Below, piece after piece: positions 25,488 through 29,668 of a stretch of 29,668 nt of DNA. The stretch lies in IMG/VR virus record IMGVR_UViG_3300010348_000552. One strand, 5' to 3'. The DNA comes from an uncultured virus (IMG/VR IMGVR_UViG_3300010348_000552) (lineage: Duplodnaviria; Heunggongvirae; Uroviricota; Caudoviricetes). The stretch's first letter is position 1, and each line of letters opens with the position of its first letter. The notes below the pieces were generated by a model. That model did no database searches. It saw nothing but the letters and a program-made list of their open reading frames with translations, and was not told the origin of the DNA. Made by a program: the position numbers and the translations under genes.

Positions 25488-25555
25488 CAAGGGACGAAAC
25501 TCGGCTCCATGCCGTGTGATTGTGGGACCACGGTCCTTCAGTCCTATATCCCTTG
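25488..25555 (+). ncRNA. Candidate DUF3800-associated structured RNA
   Basis: Closing stem CAAGGGA/TCCCTTG; hairpins CGGC-TCCAT-GCCG and GATTG..GGGACC/GGTCCT..CAGTC, whose G-U pairs favour the + strand; abuts the DUF3800 stop codon. Confidence 0.6.
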
Positions 25556-25559
25556 GCTA

Positions 25560-26211
25560 TCATTCCAGGGCCGCTAGAGATAGCGGCCTCTTCTTCGTGT
25601 AGTAGACGCCGTACTTGGCCTCCCGCTTGTCATCCATGTCCACCACCAGACTGCACCGCTCCCAGATGCTCACAAGGTACCGCTCCTCCCGCTTTTCGTA
25701 GAGCCGTTGCAGCGCCGTACAACGTGTGCTTGTGCAGCAAAGGCTTGAAGAGTCGCCGGATCATCAGGTCATAGAGTTCGTTGGGATGGTAACGGTATTC
25801 CCGAGAGGCAGCATTGCGGCTGAGCACGTAGTCCAGCACGGCTTCTTTGTGCTTCACAACGGCCTGGAAGCGAACGTCTGTCTGCTGCAGCACCCGGAAT
25901 ACCTCGCGGCGCACTTCGGGCAGGTCGTCAGTGGCATGGAACGCCGCCGCGGTCTTCCCAGCTTGCGGCTGCATCGAGGGCACGCCCCTGAAGTACGGGT
26001 CACTCAGTAACGCCTTGCGCAGCGCGGCGAGCGCCTCCGTCAGCCTGGAAGGGTCGGGGACATCAAGAACGCCGAGCATGAAGAACCGCGAGCAGCCCTC
26101 CTGGCCGATGATGACGCGCCCCTTGCGGTCAAAGAGCACACCGTCGCCGGCCTCATCCACGAAGTAGTTGCGTGAGGTGGGTTCCACCGCTTGATCTGGG
26201 CTCTGCGCCAC
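25560..26211 (-). pseudogene. DUF3800-family (RNase H-like fold) gene with internal deletion and frameshift
   Basis: YFVDEAGD...SRFFMLG...FHATDD..EVRREVF N-terminus. At ~25716 the sequence switches frame to ALQRLYEKREERYL...YGVYYTKKRPLSLAALE*; the family QxxD motif is missing. Confidence 0.8.
25569..25595 (+). terminator. Terminator-like hairpin for the + strand RNA, inside the DUF3800 3' coding end
   Basis: GGCCGCTA-GAGA-TAGCGGCC followed by TCTTCTT. Confidence 0.45.
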
Positions 26212-26219
26212 GCTACTAA

Positions 26220-26295
26220 TCCCCCTCCTCCGCCCCCATGCGGTACTTGATGTCGTAGTTCATGATGAGGTCCAGCTCTTCGTCCGTGAACCCGT
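26220..26295 (-). repeat. Direct repeat copy 1: remnant of a DNA methyltransferase / type IIG RM C-terminal tail
   Basis: Encodes GFTDEELDLIMNYDIKYRMGAEEGD*; 69/76 nt identical to 27378-27453 by manual alignment; supplies the RBS for DUF3800. Confidence 0.85.
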
Positions 26296-26374
26296 CTGTC
26301 TCCGCGTACGCCAGGGATAGTTGTCGAAGGCAGACGAGCGCCGACTGCATGGTTGACAATCCGCAAATCAGGGG

Positions 26375-26490
26375 TTTACAAAGTCTGTCAAGTGCCTATA
26401 ATGACATTGGCTCAATGAGCCAAACCTACATGTTACGGGGTTCGGTTTCGGACCCCGCCAGGAACATCCAGAGCCCCGTTTGGGGCTCTG
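26375..26490 (+). promoter_or_regulatory. Promoter and structured leader of the NYN gene
   Basis: TTTACA, N16, TATAAT (26375-26402); inverted repeats TTGGCTCA-A-TGAGCCAA, GGGGTTCG-GTTT-CGGACCCC and CAGAGCCCC-GTTT-GGGGCTCTG. Confidence 0.65.
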
Positions 26491-26510
26491 CCCATTTGGG
26501 GGTCACACAT

Positions 26511-27368
26511 ATGGCACCGCTACGCACAGTTGTGTTCGTGGATGGCCAGAATTTCCGCAAGAACCTCCAAGCCTTCTCCTTCCAAGCTCCCGGCTCCCCT
26601 CAGCGCTACAAGCTCGATGAGAAGCACTTCAGGTGGCGTGAGTTCTTCGCTGACGTGGTCGCTTGGTTTGCCAAGGAGACAAGTTACGAACATCGCCTTG
26701 TTCGTGCGTACTGGTACAACGCATACGACATGACGCCATTCCAGAGATACCCCGAAGCCGTGAGAAGAGCGCACGCTGAGTGCAGCAGGCACGCGCCCGA
26801 AATAACCCAGGACCAGGTGATCGACCTCGCGCAGCAGTGGCATGCCAAGCAGCATGCCTGGTTCTACGGCAGCCGGCGCCAGATGTTTGAGGAGATCCAG
26901 CGCAAGACAGACTTCCTTGAGTTCAAGTTCGTTGGCCAGTTCCGGGTTGAGCCGTTTACGGTCCGTCACTTCGTACGGAATCACGATGGCACATATGATT
27001 ATCAGGGCACCCAGGTCGGTGAGAAGGGCGTTGACGTCGGCATCGCAGTAGACATGATTGCCAAGATGACGAACTACGACGTGGCCATCATCGTCAGCGG
27101 CGACGCTGATTTCGTCCCGGCAGTCTGCTATCTCAAAGACCACCTACGCGGCGTCTACCAGTTCTCCGTTGCCAAGGGCGTGCCGCCTAGCATCAACTAC
27201 CTGTCTCCATGGCTCAAGGGCATCGTGGATGTTTTTGGGTACTTCGATGAACTGACGCTCCTGAGTGACTACCTCGACCACGGCTCAGGCATTCCTCCAG
27301 CCATCATCAACGAGGTCAAGGGGCGGATTGCTCAGTTGCAGGCCCCCGTATCTCCCACGACGACCTGA
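26511..27368 (+). CDS. NYN-domain (PIN-like, LabA/DUF88) ribonuclease
   Basis: VVFVDGQNF, LVRAYWY, EKGVDVGIAVDMI, AIIVSGDADFVPAV; start ATG 26511. Confidence 0.9.
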   Translation: MAPLRTVVFVDGQNFRKNLQAFSFQAPGSPQRYKLDEKHFRWREFFADVVAWFAKETSYEHRLVRAYWYNAYDMTPFQRYPEAVRRAHAECSRHAPEITQDQVIDLAQQWHAKQHAWFYGSRRQMFEEIQRKTDFLEFKFVGQFRVEPFTVRHFVRNHDGTYDYQGTQVGEKGVDVGIAVDMIAKMTNYDVAIIVSGDADFVPAVCYLKDHLRGVYQFSVAKGVPPSINYLSPWLKGIVDVFGYFDELTLLSDYLDHGSGIPPAIINEVKGRIAQLQAPVSPTTT

Positions 27369-27370
27369 CG

Positions 27371-27673
27371 TTACTCCTCCCCCTCCTCCGCCCCCAGGCG
27401 GTACTTGATGTCATAGTTGATGATGAAGTCCAGTTCCTCGTCCGTGAAACCGTAATGCTCCGCCAGCACACGGTCTATCTCGTCGATAATGGGCTTTGCC
27501 TTTCCAACGTTGACGAGAAAGAACCCGTTCCCACCCAGGGCGAGAAACTGTTTCTCTGCCTCGGCCTCTAACTCCCGCCGAGCCCCATCGTTGTCGAAGG
27601 TCATCCCCAGACACTCGACCGGACCATTCTTCTTCCCATCCTGAAAGCCCAGTGCGCTCTGCTTCTTGCTCAT
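27371..27673 (-). pseudogene. In-frame mosaic remnant of DNA methyltransferase gene(s); contains direct repeat copy 2 (27378-27453)
   Basis: N-terminal GPVECLGMTFDNDGARRE joined within 100 aa to KAKPIIDEIDRVLAEHYGFTDEELDFIINYDIKYRLG. Both are recalled as termini of much larger MTase proteins; no catalytic motifs remain. Confidence 0.65.
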
Positions 27674-27987
27674 TTGCGCCGCCCCCCTACGTTTCGATTG
27701 TTGCCGAAGCTCCGAACTTCCGGCTCCTCCAGCGGCACGTACATTTTGCGACGCCGTTCCTTGCCACCCTCGACGGGGAACCATGCGAATCGCTGTGCCA
27801 AGTCCTTCAGGTCGTAGCTATGCCAGACCGCACCAGCGATGGGACTGTCAACTTCCTCACCCCTGCTCCAGTAGCGGACGAAGAGGTGCGGACCGGCAGC
27901 AACCCAGTTGATGACTCGGTGGGGGTCTTGCTCGACGGCGTGGTACAGGTGCCTCAGCAGCGTTTCGTGCCACAATTCCTCCTCCAT
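27670..27987 (-). CDS. Hypothetical protein or gene fragment
   Basis: 105-aa ORF whose stop overlaps the next ATG (ATGA); in-frame TAA directly precedes its ATG. Confidence 0.4.
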   Translation of the reverse strand: MEEELWHETLLRHLYHAVEQDPHRVINWVAAGPHLFVRYWSRGEEVDSPIAGAVWHSYDLKDLAQRFAWFPVEGGKERRRKMYVPLEEPEVRSFGNNRNVGGRRK

Positions 27988-28144
27988 TTACGTACCGTTC
28001 TCACGGGCGCATAGCCCCACGCGAGTATGCGCGGTATTAACCACGCTGCCACCGACCAGCAAAGTATGTCCCAACCGTTGATGGCCATTACTGCCCCCTG
28101 TTGGCCGCTCATTGTGCCACTGCGGTAGTGTTGTGGTCAACCGG

Positions 28145-29668
28145 CTACTTGTATACGGGCACAGTCGGGTGTGACACCTTGAATGACTTGAGGTGTCTCT
28201 CCGCCAGCCCGGTGCAGCCGCTCAGGTCCAGGTAGCCGCCGACGCTCAGGCTGTCCGGAAGCGCCTCCAGCCCGGTGCAGCCGCTCAGGTCCAGATCGCC
28301 CTTGACGCTCAGGCCGTCCGGAAGCGCCTCCAGCCCGGTGCAGCCGCTCAGGTCCAGGTAGCCGCCGACGCTCAGGCTGTCCGGCAGCGCCGTCAGCCCG
28401 GTGCAGCCGCTCAGGTTCAGGTTGCCGCTGACGCTCAGGCCGTCCGGCAGCGCCGCCAGCCCGGTGCCGCCGCGCAGGTCCAGGCAGCCGCCGACGCTCA
28501 GGCCGTCCGGCAGCGCCGCCAGCCCGGTGCAGCCGCCCAGGTACAGGCAGCCGCCGACGCTCAGGCTGTCCGGCAGCGCCGTCAGCCCGGTGCAGCCGCT
28601 CAGGTCCAGGTCGCCGCCGACGCTCAGGCTGTCCGGCAGCGCCGTCAGCCCGGTGCAGCCGCGCAGGTCCAGGTAGCCGCCGACGCTCAGGCCGTCCGGC
28701 AGCGCCGCCAGCCCGGTGCAGCCGCTCAGGTCCAGGTCGCCGCCGACGCTCAGGCTGTCCGGCAGCGCCGTCAGCCCGGTGCAGCCGCGCAGGTCCAGGT
28801 AGCCGCCGACGCTCAGGCCGTCCGGCAGCGCCTCCAGCCCGGTGCAGCCGCGCAGGTCCAGGTCGCCGCTGACGCTCAGGCCGTCCGGCAGCGCCTCCAG
28901 CCCGGTGCAGTCGCGCAGGTCCAGGTAGCCGCCGACGCTCAGGTCGTCCGGCAGCGCCGCCAGCCCGGTGCAGCCGCGCAGGTTCAGGTAGCCGCCGACG
29001 CTCAGGCCGTCCGGAAGCGCCTCCAGCCCGGTGCAGCCGCTCAGGTCCAGATCGCCATTGACGCTCAGGCCGTCCGGAAGCGCCTCCAGCCCGGTGCAGC
29101 CGCTCAGGTACAGATCGCCCTTGACGCTCAGGCCGTCCGGCAGCGCCTCCAGCCCGGTGCAGTCGCCCAGGTCCAGGCTTTTGCCGACGCTCAGGCCGTC
29201 CGGCAGCGTCGCCAGCCCGGTGCAGCCGCGCAGGTACAGATTGCCCTTGACGCTCAGGCCGTCCGGCAGCGTCTCCAGCCCGGTGCAGCCGCTCAGGTCC
29301 AGGTAGCCGCCGACGCTCAGGCCGTCCGGAAGCGCCTCCAGCCCGGTGCAGCCGCTCAGGTCCAGGTCGCCGCCGACGCTCAGGCTGGCCGGCAGCGTCG
29401 TCAGCCCGGTGCAGCCGCTCAGGTTCAGATCGCCATTGACGCTCAGGCCGTCCGGCAGCGTCGCCAGCCCGGTGCAGCCGCGCAGGTACAGAACGCCCTT
29501 GACGCTCAGGCCGTCCGGCAGCGTCTCCAGCCCGGTGCAGCCGCTCAGGTTCAGGTAGCCGCCGACGCTCAGGCCGTCCGGCAGCGCCTCCAGCCCGGTG
29601 CAGCCGCGCAGGTCCAGATCGCCCTTGACGCTCAGGCCGTCCGGCAGCGCCTCCAGCCCGGTGCAGCC
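28145..29668 (-). CDS. Leucine-rich-repeat protein, 5' truncated by the window (at least 507 aa; absent from the ORF track)
   Basis: Open - strand frame from 29668 to TAG at 28145; consensus GCTGLEALPDGLSVGGYLDLS; ends ...LAERHLKSFKVSHPTVPVYK*. Confidence 0.9.
   Translation of the reverse strand, partial: GCTGLEALPDGLSVKGDLDLRGCTGLEALPDGLSVGGYLNLSGCTGLETLPDGLSVKGVLYLRGCTGLATLPDGLSVNGDLNLSGCTGLTTLPASLSVGGDLDLSGCTGLEALPDGLSVGGYLDLSGCTGLETLPDGLSVKGNLYLRGCTGLATLPDGLSVGKSLDLGDCTGLEALPDGLSVKGDLYLSGCTGLEALPDGLSVNGDLDLSGCTGLEALPDGLSVGGYLNLRGCTGLAALPDDLSVGGYLDLRDCTGLEALPDGLSVSGDLDLRGCTGLEALPDGLSVGGYLDLRGCTGLTALPDSLSVGGDLDLSGCTGLAALPDGLSVGGYLDLRGCTGLTALPDSLSVGGDLDLSGCTGLTALPDSLSVGGCLYLGGCTGLAALPDGLSVGGCLDLRGGTGLAALPDGLSVSGNLNLSGCTGLTALPDSLSVGGYLDLSGCTGLEALPDGLSVKGDLDLSGCTGLEALPDSLSVGGYLDLSGCTGLAERHLKSFKVSHPTVPVYK
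28203..29668 (-). repeat. 63-bp tandem repeat, about 23 units
   Basis: CAGCCCGGTGCAG / GACGCTCAGG elements recur with a 63-nt period and no indels. Confidence 0.97.

Noticed and set aside
26262..26510. N-terminal 83-aa extension of the NYN ORF
   Set aside because: It spans the repeat, promoter and hairpins; the NYN motif starts right after ATG 26511.
28401..29558. + strand Pro/Ser/Arg-rich ORFs in the ORF track
   Set aside because: Antisense shadows of the LRR gene, repeatedly broken by TAG.
28203..29668. CRISPR array
   Set aside because: Units are contiguous 63-bp coding repeats with no unique spacers and one open reading frame.
28203..29668. Diversity-generating retroelement target (GAC/TAC/AAC variation)
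   Set aside because: No reverse transcriptase or template repeat in the window, and the variants include changes not explained by adenine-specific mutagenesis.
1..29668. tRNA, rRNA, integrase or transposase
   Set aside because: No cloverleaf with a T-loop motif, rRNA-like stretch or recombinase motif was recognised by eye; tRNAscan and HMM searches would confirm.

Overview
Positions 1 to ~24.4 kb look like part of a phage or prophage genome; no integrase or structural genes are visible. A + strand block (1-5817) encodes a truncated GluRS/GluQ-like class I synthetase domain, two GT-B glycosyltransferases, RmlD-like, RmlC-like and SDR epimerase/dehydratase enzymes, interleaved with phage-type genes. 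It converges on a long - strand arm. That arm encodes an M15-like peptidoglycan peptidase, a 3D-domain protein, an SF2 helicase, a multi-HTH replication-initiator-like protein, a metallophosphoesterase, a primase-helicase fusion, an SMC/Rad50-like ATPase, a Rad52/Sak-like annealase, RecA, a Holliday-junction resolvase, SSB and a solo Cas4-like nuclease. Two DNA-modification genes in this arm (a cytosine-MTase-like gene and a PAPS-reductase-family gene) are pseudogenes broken by short-homology deletions. From ~24.4 to 28.1 kb is a decaying defence-like hotspot: two promoter-driven structured RNA candidates, an internally deleted DUF3800 gene, an intact NYN RNase gene with a structured leader, and two copies of a methyltransferase C-terminal tail flanking the NYN gene. 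The window ends inside a - strand gene made of 23 near-identical 63-bp units encoding a 21-aa leucine-rich repeat. All family calls are from motif recognition by eye; no searches were run.
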